From positions 1 to 49,782 of the IMG/VR virus record IMGVR_UViG_3300031237_000008: a stretch of DNA of 49,782 nt; one strand, 5' to 3'. Positions within the stretch are counted from its first letter, which is position 1. The number at the start of each line of letters is the position of its first letter. A model generated the notes under the pieces. The model was given only the letters and a program-made list of their open reading frames with translations. It had not been told where the DNA came from and searched no databases. Both the position numbers and the translations under genes were made by a program. This stretch comes from a virus. Shown here one piece after another: positions 32,890 to 42,322 of the stretch.

Positions 32890-33787
32890 TTATATGGCGC
32901 TCGCATCCGCTTTTATAGTCTTGAAGCGCAGATTCACCGTATCCAGCGTCTTGGCCGCGAATGCGAACCAGTACGAGGCGAAGGTTGCAATCTCGCCCAC
33001 CGGGTCAGCAGCCGACCTGCCAGGATGGAAGACATGGATGCTGAACTTCTGGTTGCGCGGGTCTTCGATGCGGTCAGGCCCACGACCAGCCAGGTCAACG
33101 ATTCCAAGTCCGCCCTCACCGAAGATGTAGGTGTAGTACTTCTTGTTGGGGGCAGCACCACCGTCGTCTCCGACGTTGGTGGTTTCCAGCAGCCGGACTC
33201 CACCCACCATGCCCACCTCGCCCTGCAACACCGCGTTGCCGTTCGAGTACTTCATGGCCTCGATGAAGCCACCGGCGGTATTGTCGGAGATGAGGTCGAA
33301 TACGACATAGGGATGGATGATGCCCAGAAACTCGTTGCCGCTGCGGGGGCGTACGTTGATGCCCTTGAGCAGCGCAACTTGCTTCTTAAAGTCCGAGGCA
33401 GTCAGGGTTGCGCCGATGGTGGAAACCATGGCGGCGGTGTTCGAGTCAACCTCGGTGCGAATCATGGTGTCTACTGAGCCAGCAGCCCGATAGCTGAGGT
33501 TATCAACCATGCGGGTGCGGGGTTCATTGATGTCGGTCAGGTCGAGCAACTGGGAGCTGGACGTGAAGTCCGAATATTGCTCGACAGTGGCCGATACGGT
33601 CGAGGTGGTTTCAGAGACCGGAGCGCCAATCACGCCTTCCGCTGACGGGACAGTATTGAATCCGGGCAGCGTAGAGCGGAACATCTGAATGGTCTTGCCG
33701 GAACCCTGGGGCATCGAAAACGTGTCCGCTACTTGAGCGAAACGGAACATCGCTTCCAGTCGGTCCAGCGGGCGCTTGTCATAGAAG
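32890..33787 (-). CDS. major capsid protein, exon 2 (HK97-fold, N4-gp56-like family)
   Basis: Track ORF 32890-33750 extended in frame to the proposed 3' splice site. ...FAQVADTFSMPQGSGKTIQMFR... fits the N4-gp56-type coat pattern but lacks its N-terminus. Confidence 0.85.
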
Positions 33788-34470
33788 CATCTACTCCGCC
33801 TACTTTCGCGGCGGTGTGGACTATATCATCTTGGGACGACCAGGACGCATCTTGTAGTCCTTATCGCACCAAGGAGAACGTGTAGTCTCTGGGGACTTCC
33901 CATTGAGTATGATGAACTGCTTTAACAGTTCCATCTCCCGATTGTTGTATCTTCCATTTTCGGGTACTGGGTGGCTGAGGCGCGACCGACAGAACTCCAA
34001 TACGAGTACCGCCTTCTGTCGCTTTACCGTATGCGTGTCCCATAATGGCAGCAGGTTCGGTAGTAACCGTTCCAGCCTCTTTATGCCATTCACATGGACA
34101 TCCATCCGGTCTTTCCAGTGGGCCTTCTTTCCCGACATCTTGTGGTGGTAGAAATAGTGCCCCACCCCAAGTTTGCCAAGAATCTTGCCGCACTTTTCCA
34201 GTAGGGGGCGCTCGGTGTTCACGAACACCATCGAGGGATATATCTGTTTCCGTACCTTGTTCCAGTACAGACCCAAGCTTCCCTCGCCCTCTAGAAATGC
34301 CATCAACCAACCCAATTCAAACTGGGTTGCCTGCTGATTGACCATTTCGCCATCGGCAAAATGCTGCCTGTCGATGATGCTCATCTGTCCCATTTATCAC
34401 CTCGTCAGTATGGGAAGCTTTAGGTTATTCCAGCAAATAGTTCTCTTTTACAACCGCCTTCTATCTGTTG
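33788..34470 (-). mobile_element. group I intron (683 nt) carrying a LAGLIDADG homing endonuclease
   Basis: 5' exon ends in U (34471). P1: exon CAACCGU pairs with intron GCGGUUG (34457-34451), with a U-G wobble at the splice site. P10: intron AUAGAAG (34464-34458) pairs with the first 7 nt of exon 2, CUUCUAU. The intron ends in G (33788). Splicing restores one frame. Confidence 0.7.
33821..34393 (-). CDS. LAGLIDADG homing endonuclease (intron-encoded)
   Basis: 190-aa ORF with a GAGGTGA RBS. LMAFLEGEGSL LAGLIDADG motif. Confidence 0.9.
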   Translation of the reverse strand: MGQMSIIDRQHFADGEMVNQQATQFELGWLMAFLEGEGSLGLYWNKVRKQIYPSMVFVNTERPLLEKCGKILGKLGVGHYFYHHKMSGKKAHWKDRMDVHVNGIKRLERLLPNLLPLWDTHTVKRQKAVLVLEFCRSRLSHPVPENGRYNNREMELLKQFIILNGKSPETTRSPWCDKDYKMRPGRPKMI

Positions 34471-34532
34471 ACGGTTGCCAAATGGGCGAGAGTGGCTGTT
34501 TGTGTAGTCAACCCCGCCGGTGCATAAGCCAT
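34471..34532 (-). CDS. major capsid protein, exon 1 (first 20 codons plus 2 nt)
   Basis: AGGAG RBS 7 nt upstream of ATG 34532. MAYAPAGLTTQTATLAHLAT(V) joins in frame to FYDKRPLDRLEAMFRF... Confidence 0.65.
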
Positions 34533-34689
34533 ATTTTGCTCCTGTGTTACGAGATTTTGTGGAACAGTGGCAGCCGAACGAGCAGCTCGGTTGAGCCTTG
34601 GCTGCGGGGGCGGGAGCACCGCTTGGCAGGGTTACTACAGCGCGGGAGCACCGCGACAACTAGAACTTAGCAGAATGGGATAGTGGGTG

Positions 34690-35322
34690 TCAAGTGGTTA
34701 TCTCTGCCGACTTGCCGGTGCCGATGTGCCACTCCATGCCGGGGGCTTGGAACACGGCCAGTCCATAGGTGGTATGCAGCACAATGTTGGGCCACCCCGT
34801 CTCCTGCATGGCGTAGTACACCCCCTGGTAATTCTGGCAGACATCATGGAGGCATACCAGCCCTCCGGGGTTCATCCAGTCCCGCAGCTTGCGGACTTCA
34901 GCCACGCGGACTGGTGTCCACCAGGAGTCTATGAATGCGAAGTCCCAGCGGTGGCAGGACAACTCTACCTCGGACCATGCGGATGTATCATCGGGACCGA
35001 TGAGCGATATGCCCTCTTGCTGAAATACCTGAACAGGCAGACCGCTACACCGTTCCCGCGTCTTTTCGCACATGGCTGGGTCAGTATCGCAGGTATACAA
35101 GATGCCTCGCCCATTGTCGTGCAGGGCTTCTCCTATGGCTTCAGCCGTGTCTCCGTGGGCGCATCCTGTTTCCAGCACCCGCTTGGGCTTCTGGTGGCGC
35201 ACCATGGCAGCCAGCAGCGTCGAGGTTTCATTCTCAGCGCCCTCCAGGGTACTCTTGTGCCACAGGCCATCGGCTAACACGGTAGATACTCCGCCAGGGT
35301 GGGAAAATGTTCCCGTAACCAC
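34690..35322 (-). CDS. class I SAM-dependent (O-)methyltransferase
   Basis: 210-aa ORF with motif I VLETGCAHGDTA and downstream acidic motifs. Confidence 0.85.
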   Translation of the reverse strand: MVTGTFSHPGGVSTVLADGLWHKSTLEGAENETSTLLAAMVRHQKPKRVLETGCAHGDTAEAIGEALHDNGRGILYTCDTDPAMCEKTRERCSGLPVQVFQQEGISLIGPDDTSAWSEVELSCHRWDFAFIDSWWTPVRVAEVRKLRDWMNPGGLVCLHDVCQNYQGVYYAMQETGWPNIVLHTTYGLAVFQAPGMEWHIGTGKSAEITT

Positions 35323-35389
35323 GCCCTGTCAAGTGGAGCTGTCAGCCAGTAGTGATTCAGGATTAACGCGGTGAACTTGAAGTTATACA

Positions 35390-36115
35390 TCATGCTGGTA
35401 TCCCTTCCTTGTGGAACGTGGCCCGCAACCGTGGCAAGTCCGGCCCCAGCCGCTCCAGTGCCATGGCGTAGTTGTCGTGATTAATAGTCTTGTCGTACCC
35501 CCGCTGGTCAGCGCGGGCAGAGAAGTGATGTACCACTACGCGAGGGTCAATCCATACCCCGTGGCCCCGCGACCACGCATACAGGTCAAAGCTGGCCTCC
35601 TCGCCCCCGAAGCCCACATAGCTGTCCCAGTAGCCGCCCAAGTCATGCCATACATCTCGCTGCACCGCCATGATGCCAGAAGGGGCCGAGGCGCAGCGAT
35701 AGGGCCACGGGAAGCAGGGTTGCTTGGAATAATCGCCCTCTACATCACTGACCGTGCCGAAGAAGTGGTAATAGGTCATGCAGTTACCCACCGATGGCTT
35801 GTAGGCACAGTGCCATACCGGAACAACCAGTTCCAGGATACTGGCGGGCAGGCCCGGTGGGATGATTACATGGTCATCCAGAAATAGCAGATAGTCGCCG
35901 CTGGCGCGGGACGCGGCCAGATTGCGCGCTGCCGGGGCATTCAGTTCATGGCCATAGACTATGTCTATACCGTAGTCCTGCATGACCCTGTGTGGCTCCG
36001 AGGACTCACCCGACACAACCACATGGATGTCAGTCAGCCCGGCATCCTCGCAGGATGCGATAGTAGCCCACAGGCCCAGTGCGGGACCACGCGAAGGGAT
36101 ACAGACGCTAATCAT
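35390..36115 (-). CDS. family 2 glycosyltransferase
   Basis: 241-aa ORF with an N-terminal ISVCIPSRG and a DxD-type YLLFLDDH. Confidence 0.85.
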   Translation of the reverse strand: MISVCIPSRGPALGLWATIASCEDAGLTDIHVVVSGESSEPHRVMQDYGIDIVYGHELNAPAARNLAASRASGDYLLFLDDHVIIPPGLPASILELVVPVWHCAYKPSVGNCMTYYHFFGTVSDVEGDYSKQPCFPWPYRCASAPSGIMAVQRDVWHDLGGYWDSYVGFGGEEASFDLYAWSRGHGVWIDPRVVVHHFSARADQRGYDKTINHDNYAMALERLGPDLPRLRATFHKEGIPA

Positions 36116-36290
36116 TGCCCTTGCGGTTCGTGGTCAATCGTCCCACTACTCGCCGCAGCCGCAACACCTCTCCCCAGATGGCCGCTTCCCGTGTACCCTC
36201 TTTCGCCGCAGATGCCATGCGGCGTATCTCCGCGTCGTCATATTGACGAAGGTCACGCGGTGGTGCGCTGTTATCATATGAAATAGACAT
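36108..36290 (-). CDS. hypothetical small protein
   Basis: Track ORF 36108-36377 trimmed to ATG 36290, downstream of the preceding stop. Confidence 0.4.
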   Translation of the reverse strand: MSISYDNSAPPRDLRQYDDAEIRRMASAAKEGTREAAIWGEVLRLRRVVGRLTTNRKGND

Positions 36291-36306
36291 GTCCCAGCCA
36301 CTCCAG

Positions 36307-36906
36307 CTACAGGGTAGAGAAGCCCTCTCCCAGATGGATGCATTGCTTGTTTGTGAGAAGCCCGACTCGCCAGCCATGTTCCCTTAGCCAGTCCGCCTGC
36401 GTCCGGTCGTACCAGTTGCCCTCTTGCGGGGGCCACTCTGCCTGCGCCCCCTTGCGGACAAACCTAATCCCGCCGACCGAGACGTGCTCCTCGATGTCCG
36501 GCCCATGATGGGCGCGGTATCCTTCTGGAGTCCATCGCTGGATGTCACAGTTGGATGGCCAGGCTGACAGGATGGCGAAATCAGGATATGCTCGAAATAG
36601 TCCGATAAGGTCATCAACCGATGAAAATCCGGGCAAGCAGTCGTCATCGGCGCAACAATACACTTCGCCCGTTGCGCGAGATTCCGCTTCTTGCCGCCGC
36701 TTGCTTTGCCACTCCCGGCCTTTGCCACTCAGCACCTCCACGGTAACGCCCGGCATCAACTCCCATGCGGCATGGCACGTATTGGCCATGTTGTAGCGAA
36801 GCCGCGACAAGCGCGGACACACTGCCCAGTAATCTGCGACACAGAAGAAGACTTCCATCCTAGAAAAACCCGTACCGTAGTCCGCGCCATAACCATCGCG
36901 GGACAT
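36307..36906 (-). CDS. putative glycosyltransferase (GT-A-like)
   Basis: 199-aa ORF. CCADDDC acidic motif and neighbourhood with GT2. The assignment is weak. Confidence 0.65.
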   Translation of the reverse strand: MSRDGYGADYGTGFSRMEVFFCVADYWAVCPRLSRLRYNMANTCHAAWELMPGVTVEVLSGKGREWQSKRRQEAESRATGEVYCCADDDCLPGFSSVDDLIGLFRAYPDFAILSAWPSNCDIQRWTPEGYRAHHGPDIEEHVSVGGIRFVRKGAQAEWPPQEGNWYDRTQADWLREHGWRVGLLTNKQCIHLGEGFSTL

Positions 36907-36994
36907 CTATAAATAGCCCACAAAGGCAAATCTGTGGTTGCATGAATGAGCAGCAGGTGTCTTCCATCTCCCGGTGCTTGGTGGTAGAACCACA

Positions 36995-37003
36995 CTTATA
37001 ACA
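36995..37003 (-). promoter_or_regulatory. candidate extended -10 promoter ahead of the glycosyltransferase cluster
   Basis: The minus strand reads TGtTATAAG, in the 174-nt gap between the scaffold gene and 36906. Confidence 0.3.
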
Positions 37004-37080
37004 CATGGACCTCACTCGGCACAGTCCAGCATCATGGACGTGGCTTGCCACTGGCACTGTTGCAATATGTAGATACACGA

Positions 37081-38040
37081 CTAACCGCCCTGTTGCTTGA
37101 CCCTCCGATACTCTGCTGCAATCTGGTCACTGGTCATGTTGGCGAAGTTGGTGGTGGCCGGGGCCGCCTCGTTCTGCGGGGCCAGCATGGGGGGTATATT
37201 GGGAGCAGGCGCAGCCGCCACCTTGGCCCCGCCACGAGATGCTGTAATCTGTTCTGCCGAGCGGGGTGTATACAGCTTGTTCTGGACACAGAAAGCATGG
37301 GCCAGCTTCAGGTTTCCCAGCGTCTCTGGCAGGTTGTTTGACTGCATGACCTCATACAGCTTTTCAGTGGCCTCTTGCGTGAACGGGAACTCGGGACACT
37401 CCCGCTCGAAGGATGCCGCAGTCTGAGTGGCCCGCTGTGTTTCGGTGGCCGACTTCATGTCAATGAAGTCCTGCTTCATCTCATCCACGTTGTCATAGCC
37501 CATCAGCCGCGCCATTGCGATACCAGTAGCCTGCGCGGGGTCATCCAGCTTTTGATAGTACAACTCAGCAAACTTGTCAGGGGGCAACTGGGACAGCGTG
37601 GCTGCTACCTGTTCTCTGTGTTCCACCACCCGCTCGACCGGGGCGGCGGGAGTCAGCGCCTCCAGCTTCTTCGTGGCTTCCTTGTAACTGTTGTTGGTGG
37701 CAACCTTGGATGCGGCCAGCTTCTGGGCTACCTCCAGTGGCTGCCCATCAAACACCTCGCCAGTGACCAGCATGGTATGGATGGTTCCGTCCGGGCGCAC
37801 CTCGTACTCCTTGAAGCCCTCAGGCAGTGGCGCGGCCACGGGGGCAGGCGGGGCCATCCCATCCGGCATCCCGGCAACATCATCGGGGGCGCGCACGGGG
37901 GCTTCGGGCGGTGCAGCATGAATCTCTGCCCGTACCGCGTTACTGGCGGCTACCAGCTCATCCGCCGACATCTGCTCCGGAGGCTTTGATTCTTGGTTGG
38001 AGGATAGCGGGAGGTTTGGAACTATGATTGGTGCGCTCAC
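37081..38040 (-). CDS. putative scaffolding protein
   Basis: Track ORF 37081-38118 trimmed to GTG 38040 (AAGGAG upstream; GTGA overlap with the upstream small ORF). Helical, Ala/Glu/Pro-rich. Lies between the portal and capsid genes. Confidence 0.6.
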   Translation of the reverse strand: MSAPIIVPNLPLSSNQESKPPEQMSADELVAASNAVRAEIHAAPPEAPVRAPDDVAGMPDGMAPPAPVAAPLPEGFKEYEVRPDGTIHTMLVTGEVFDGQPLEVAQKLAASKVATNNSYKEATKKLEALTPAAPVERVVEHREQVAATLSQLPPDKFAELYYQKLDDPAQATGIAMARLMGYDNVDEMKQDFIDMKSATETQRATQTAASFERECPEFPFTQEATEKLYEVMQSNNLPETLGNLKLAHAFCVQNKLYTPRSAEQITASRGGAKVAAAPAPNIPPMLAPQNEAAPATTNFANMTSDQIAAEYRRVKQQGG

Positions 38041-38180
38041 CTTGTCTCCTTGATGTGCCGATTCTTCATGGCATTCAGCTTGGCAGCCATGGCCCGCTCT
38101 GCCCACTTCTTGTACCACATAGGGGAAGGGTTGGCGAGCCGCACATACTTGTGGGGGTCAACCAGCGGTTGCTTCACCAT
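38037..38180 (-). CDS. hypothetical small basic protein (47 aa, below the track cutoff)
   Basis: ATG 38180 overlaps the upstream stop. Its TGA overlaps the scaffold GTG. Confidence 0.4.
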   Translation of the reverse strand: MVKQPLVDPHKYVRLANPSPMWYKKWAERAMAAKLNAMKNRHIKETR

Positions 38181-38482
38181 TGTTCTCCCTGTTGGTTATT
38201 GACTGTATCCATCATCTGCCGTCTGTCTTCGACTCTGCTGTCCACAAACCCAATGACTGCCTGCATCATAGCCCTGCGGGCCTGCCATGTCAAGCGAAGG
38301 GCGTGGGATACTGCTGGGTCGCTGGACAGACAATCCGCCAAGTCATGCTCGGCATCCGCCACCAAGTCCCGCATGAACGCTACCAGTTGCTTCCACTCCT
38401 CGCCTTCGGACAACTGGAAGTAGCCCTCGCACTGCATCAGGTAGACGGTTTCTTCCTCGGTCAGTTGCGGGAATGGTGTCAT
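38174..38482 (-). CDS. hypothetical head-module protein
   Basis: 102-aa ORF overlapping the portal stop by 4 nt. Confidence 0.6.
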   Translation of the reverse strand: MTPFPQLTEEETVYLMQCEGYFQLSEGEEWKQLVAFMRDLVADAEHDLADCLSSDPAVSHALRLTWQARRAMMQAVIGFVDSRVEDRRQMMDTVNNQQGEQW

Positions 38483-40575
38483 TTCTTGGCCGCCTTGGGT
38501 TTGGGCTTGGGCCGATTCTTGGCCTTGGTTTCTTCCTGCGGGGGCAACCCCAGTGCAGCATGGGCCGCATCCGGGGTAATCAGCTTGCTAATCATGCCAC
38601 CCATCAGGTCGGTGTCCTGCTGCGCAGCCTGTCCTTCGGACTCGGCAGCCAGCCGCTCTTGCTGCATCTGTTGCCGTATCACTTGGTCAGCCGTGGGCTG
38701 GTTCATGGCCTGCTGTACTTCCGGCTGGATGGGTACGAACCAATCCATAGCGCGCATATTCAGGCCGTCCGCTAGCACCTCGGACAGCGTGGGCGTATTC
38801 AGCTGGAAGCCCTGCTTGGCCTGCATCTCCAAGAAGGCGGGATTAGCCACCGACTCCAGTACCATCTGCAATCCGCCACTCTGTACTGCCTGCCGCGTCT
38901 TCATCTTCGAGGATGCCCGGAACTCAAACTTCACACTGGCATTCAGCACATTCAGCGGGTCAATCTCCAACTGCTGGCCATTCTGCCCGATGATGGCGAT
39001 TATCTCCTCGGGGTTCAGGAACCGCTTGTCAAGTGCCAGCAAGATGTTGCACAGCGGCTCCATCAACTGGTCTTCCAGTGTCTCTACCAGGAACTGTACC
39101 CGGCGCGATGCCGCAGCACTCTGAGTGTTGATGCCCGTGGCTGTCCGGTTAGCTGAGTTGCCCCCGGCGGTGGCAATCCCCATCATGCCGGTATCGGTCA
39201 CGCCAGTAGTCTTTTGTACGCGGCGCTCCCCGGCGTCTGCCTCGATATGGACATCTTGGGTAACGTTGCCCATGGGCAGCCGCATGATACTCTTGCTGGG
39301 TTCTCCATCCGTCTCCCAGACCACTCCGGGCCGCATGCGCCGCGCCGAGGGCGGGATATTCGATGACCCTCTCTGCCGCACTATGGGAGCATGGATGTTC
39401 AGGCTGACTTCGTCCAGCCGCCCCTCCAGCAAGTCCGCAATCATGTCCTGGTCGCCCTCGACCAAGTCACAGATACTGAGTCCGTAGAAGCGCCCCGGCA
39501 CGTTGACGTAGTTGATGTTCAGGAATGGCAGGGCCATGTAGCAGTTGGGCTGGTTGTGCGCCACCCACTTGCGGTTTAACAGCCACACATGGCGGTCTTT
39601 CCTCCAGCCGCGTATGACTTCGATGCGCTTCTGCGAGGGGTCTTCGGTGTAGTCCTGCTGGGGCGAATAGCTGTTGCCCCGCATGGATTCCTGTTGGGCC
39701 TTGGTATTGTCACCCTGCCCGGTGGACTTCTCCTCGGCCATCTTGCGCAGTACATCATCTTCCGGGATATCAAACCCCGGCTGGCCGCGCCACGAAGCTA
39801 CTTGTTCCACCGTACGCCAGTGTCTGGTGAAACAGTACCGGGCGTCCTGCACGTTGGAACTGTGGCAGTGCGGGTCTATGTAGAAGTCCCGAATGTCGGT
39901 GAGTTGTATCTGGGGACGGTTGATGGTGTGCTCTACTTGTTGCTGGGATACGGACAGGTCGTACTCACCTGTCGGCAAGAACGCGGGCTGTCCGTCCGGC
40001 CCCATCATGGCCGACATCCGGGGATTCATGCGCCGGGTATATTCTATGCGCTGAATCTTCTTGGCTAACCAGCCCCACTCCAATATGCCGTTGCCGTAGA
40101 TGAGGGCGAAGTCCAGCAAGTCCGACACCAACTGGCGCAGGGACATGATGCCGCGCTCGTCCAGTCCTTGCATCTGGTGGCGGATTAGTTCTCGTACTTG
40201 GCCGACCTGTTGCCACGTTCCGTCCCCGTGTGGCACTACTCCGAATGGCGGGTCATCGGCAAACAGCGCATCCATGATGGCTGGCTTGAGGGCCTGGACC
40301 TGGCCGAATGCCAGATACACCGGCATCGAGGCGCGGGGTATCTTGGTGCCCTCCCATGTTTTTCTGGGGCGGAACGCCAGATACACCCGGTCGGCGGAGC
40401 GGAACCTGGAGTCGTGGTTCTGATTGCGCCACTGCTCGGCAAACTCGAAGTCGCGCTTCATTATGTCCAGCGCGGCCTTGTCGCTCCACGGCTCCAGCGG
40501 GGATACGACCCGCTCCTTTTCTTCGGTGGAGCGTTCTTGCTGCGTAACGTTGGTCAGTTGGGCGGGAGTGGACAT
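38479..40575 (-). CDS. portal protein
   Basis: 698-aa ORF immediately downstream of the large terminase. Size and position are typical. Confidence 0.85.
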   Translation of the reverse strand: MSTPAQLTNVTQQERSTEEKERVVSPLEPWSDKAALDIMKRDFEFAEQWRNQNHDSRFRSADRVYLAFRPRKTWEGTKIPRASMPVYLAFGQVQALKPAIMDALFADDPPFGVVPHGDGTWQQVGQVRELIRHQMQGLDERGIMSLRQLVSDLLDFALIYGNGILEWGWLAKKIQRIEYTRRMNPRMSAMMGPDGQPAFLPTGEYDLSVSQQQVEHTINRPQIQLTDIRDFYIDPHCHSSNVQDARYCFTRHWRTVEQVASWRGQPGFDIPEDDVLRKMAEEKSTGQGDNTKAQQESMRGNSYSPQQDYTEDPSQKRIEVIRGWRKDRHVWLLNRKWVAHNQPNCYMALPFLNINYVNVPGRFYGLSICDLVEGDQDMIADLLEGRLDEVSLNIHAPIVRQRGSSNIPPSARRMRPGVVWETDGEPSKSIMRLPMGNVTQDVHIEADAGERRVQKTTGVTDTGMMGIATAGGNSANRTATGINTQSAAASRRVQFLVETLEDQLMEPLCNILLALDKRFLNPEEIIAIIGQNGQQLEIDPLNVLNASVKFEFRASSKMKTRQAVQSGGLQMVLESVANPAFLEMQAKQGFQLNTPTLSEVLADGLNMRAMDWFVPIQPEVQQAMNQPTADQVIRQQMQQERLAAESEGQAAQQDTDLMGGMISKLITPDAAHAALGLPPQEETKAKNRPKPKPKAAKK

Positions 40576-40585
40576 TGGTGATTAG

Positions 40586-40594
40586 ATAGTACCA
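40586..40594 (-). promoter_or_regulatory. candidate extended -10 promoter just upstream of the portal gene
   Basis: The minus strand reads TGgTACTAT, 10 nt before ATG 40575. The portal gene has no SD. Confidence 0.4.
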
Positions 40595-40597
40595 TGT

Positions 40598-42322
40598 TCA
40601 GTAGGTGTGGGTGGTATTTACGCCAGCATCCTCGTCTTCCTTGCCGAACAGTTCCCGCTCCAGCATGTTTCTGGCCGGGATGTCGGTTCTCGTGCCATCT
40701 GGCCGGATGACGCCCAGAGTATTGAACCTCTCGATATCGAATGCGGCAGGCGCTACGTCGGGATTGGCCCCAGTCCCGTCCCTGTTCTGCATGGCATCCG
40801 CCAGAGTGTCCAGTATGTCATCATGCGAGTATTTGGGGAAGCGCAATATCTCGTTGATAAGATGCAACCGGCAGGGCAGGTTGGCGGCGAACCGGATGGC
40901 CTTTTGCTTCAGCCAGGGCTGGAGCGACCGGATGCGCTGCTGCTTGGAAGTGCGGTTGTCGCGCTTGATGACATCTATGGGCAGCCACTTCGAGCGCCGC
41001 GCCATCTCCCGCCTCAGGAACGGCAACAGTACCCGCGAGTGCGCTTCCTTTTCCATCTTGATGCTGGAGAGCCATGGGTAGTCCTTGGCTACCTGGAACA
41101 GTATGTTGATGACCTCCTCGGGCGAGTACCGCCCATGCCATATCATGGGGACATACATCACTCCCCCGGTGAAGCCGTGCAGGGTCATGGCAGTGTAGTC
41201 ATTGTCCCTGCCCTTGGCATCAGTCTCCATGCCCGCCAAGTCTACTGTCAGGTGCAGGCTGCGGGACAATCTGTCCACCAGTAACGACATCTCCTCAGCA
41301 GGCACCCATACCAAGTCCTTGTCCGAGTCTACCAGCCCGCTCTTGCCCACGATGGGATTCATCAGATACTGGGGATACAACACCGCCGGGCCACGCACCG
41401 GGTCATCCTCGATAGCCTTCAGGGCAGCCAGTGGCATCCGCTCCGGCCACATCACCGGACCTTCCGGGTAGTTAGGGGCGGCACTGCGCATCAGTATCGA
41501 GTAGGCGCGTTTCTCCGGGGGCTTGGCCATCTCGGCTTCGTAGATGGAATAGTGCAAATCAGAGTAGTCATAGATTGTGCCCGTGATATCCTCCCAGCCA
41601 TGGTGCGGGGGCAGGCGGTGTGTTTCCAGCAGCGGCCCCATCTCCCCGAAGTGCCGCTTGATGGTATCTATGCGCCCCGGAGTACGCGCCCCAATCTCGT
41701 CCTGTAAGTCGTCATGCTTGATGACATCGAAGTGGCCGCCAGCCGTTACCTTGTCCACCGAGCACGTTGACACCGTGGGTTCGCGCAATACCCGGTCATC
41801 GGGGCCGTATGTACGGCAGGGCACGGTGAATTGCTCTTGTGTGCCCCAGTCTTTCACGTTCTTGGCCGGAGGGCAGAACTCAGGGAATATGCCGCGAAAG
41901 CGAGGATTGAACTGGAAGTGTTGCTTTATCTCCGTCAGGAACTTGCCCATCTGGTCGCCGGTTCCGGTACTAATCAGTATCCTGACATTGGGGTAATTGA
42001 TTATCCATTGGATGGAGTGGGCGGCAGTGACGATGCTGGTCTTCAAGTGGCCGCGAGGGATAAGTATCATGCGGCGGCGCGGGCCTTCCAGTTCCCACAT
42101 GGAGCAGGCGGGAGTATAGCCCTTGCCCTTCACTACATCTTCGATGGCTCCGTCTATGCCGCCCCGGAACTTTTGCAGATGGTTAATCATCTCGCCATGG
42201 ACTACTTTGGATACGTCCATGTAGCCCAGTCCCTCGGTACACAGATATCCCAGGTTGACGCGGCACCTCTGGCGCTGCGCCTTCCAGAGTTCTATGGATG
42301 CCTGGTCACTGGACTTCGGCAC
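40598..42322 (-). CDS. terL: terminase large subunit
   Basis: 574-aa ORF. ILIPRGHLKTS (Walker A-like), FDVIKHDDL (Walker B), and the nuclease-domain motif YSHDDILDTLADAM. Confidence 0.9.
   Translation of the reverse strand: MPKSSDQASIELWKAQRQRCRVNLGYLCTEGLGYMDVSKVVHGEMINHLQKFRGGIDGAIEDVVKGKGYTPACSMWELEGPRRRMILIPRGHLKTSIVTAAHSIQWIINYPNVRILISTGTGDQMGKFLTEIKQHFQFNPRFRGIFPEFCPPAKNVKDWGTQEQFTVPCRTYGPDDRVLREPTVSTCSVDKVTAGGHFDVIKHDDLQDEIGARTPGRIDTIKRHFGEMGPLLETHRLPPHHGWEDITGTIYDYSDLHYSIYEAEMAKPPEKRAYSILMRSAAPNYPEGPVMWPERMPLAALKAIEDDPVRGPAVLYPQYLMNPIVGKSGLVDSDKDLVWVPAEEMSLLVDRLSRSLHLTVDLAGMETDAKGRDNDYTAMTLHGFTGGVMYVPMIWHGRYSPEEVINILFQVAKDYPWLSSIKMEKEAHSRVLLPFLRREMARRSKWLPIDVIKRDNRTSKQQRIRSLQPWLKQKAIRFAANLPCRLHLINEILRFPKYSHDDILDTLADAMQNRDGTGANPDVAPAAFDIERFNTLGVIRPDGTRTDIPARNMLERELFGKEDEDAGVNTTHTY

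Noticed and set aside
37052-37064. A sigma54-like TGGCAC...TTGCA string upstream of the scaffold gene region.
   Set aside because: The GG-to-GC spacing is 7 nt instead of the required 10. The orientation (+) also points away from the minus-strand genes.
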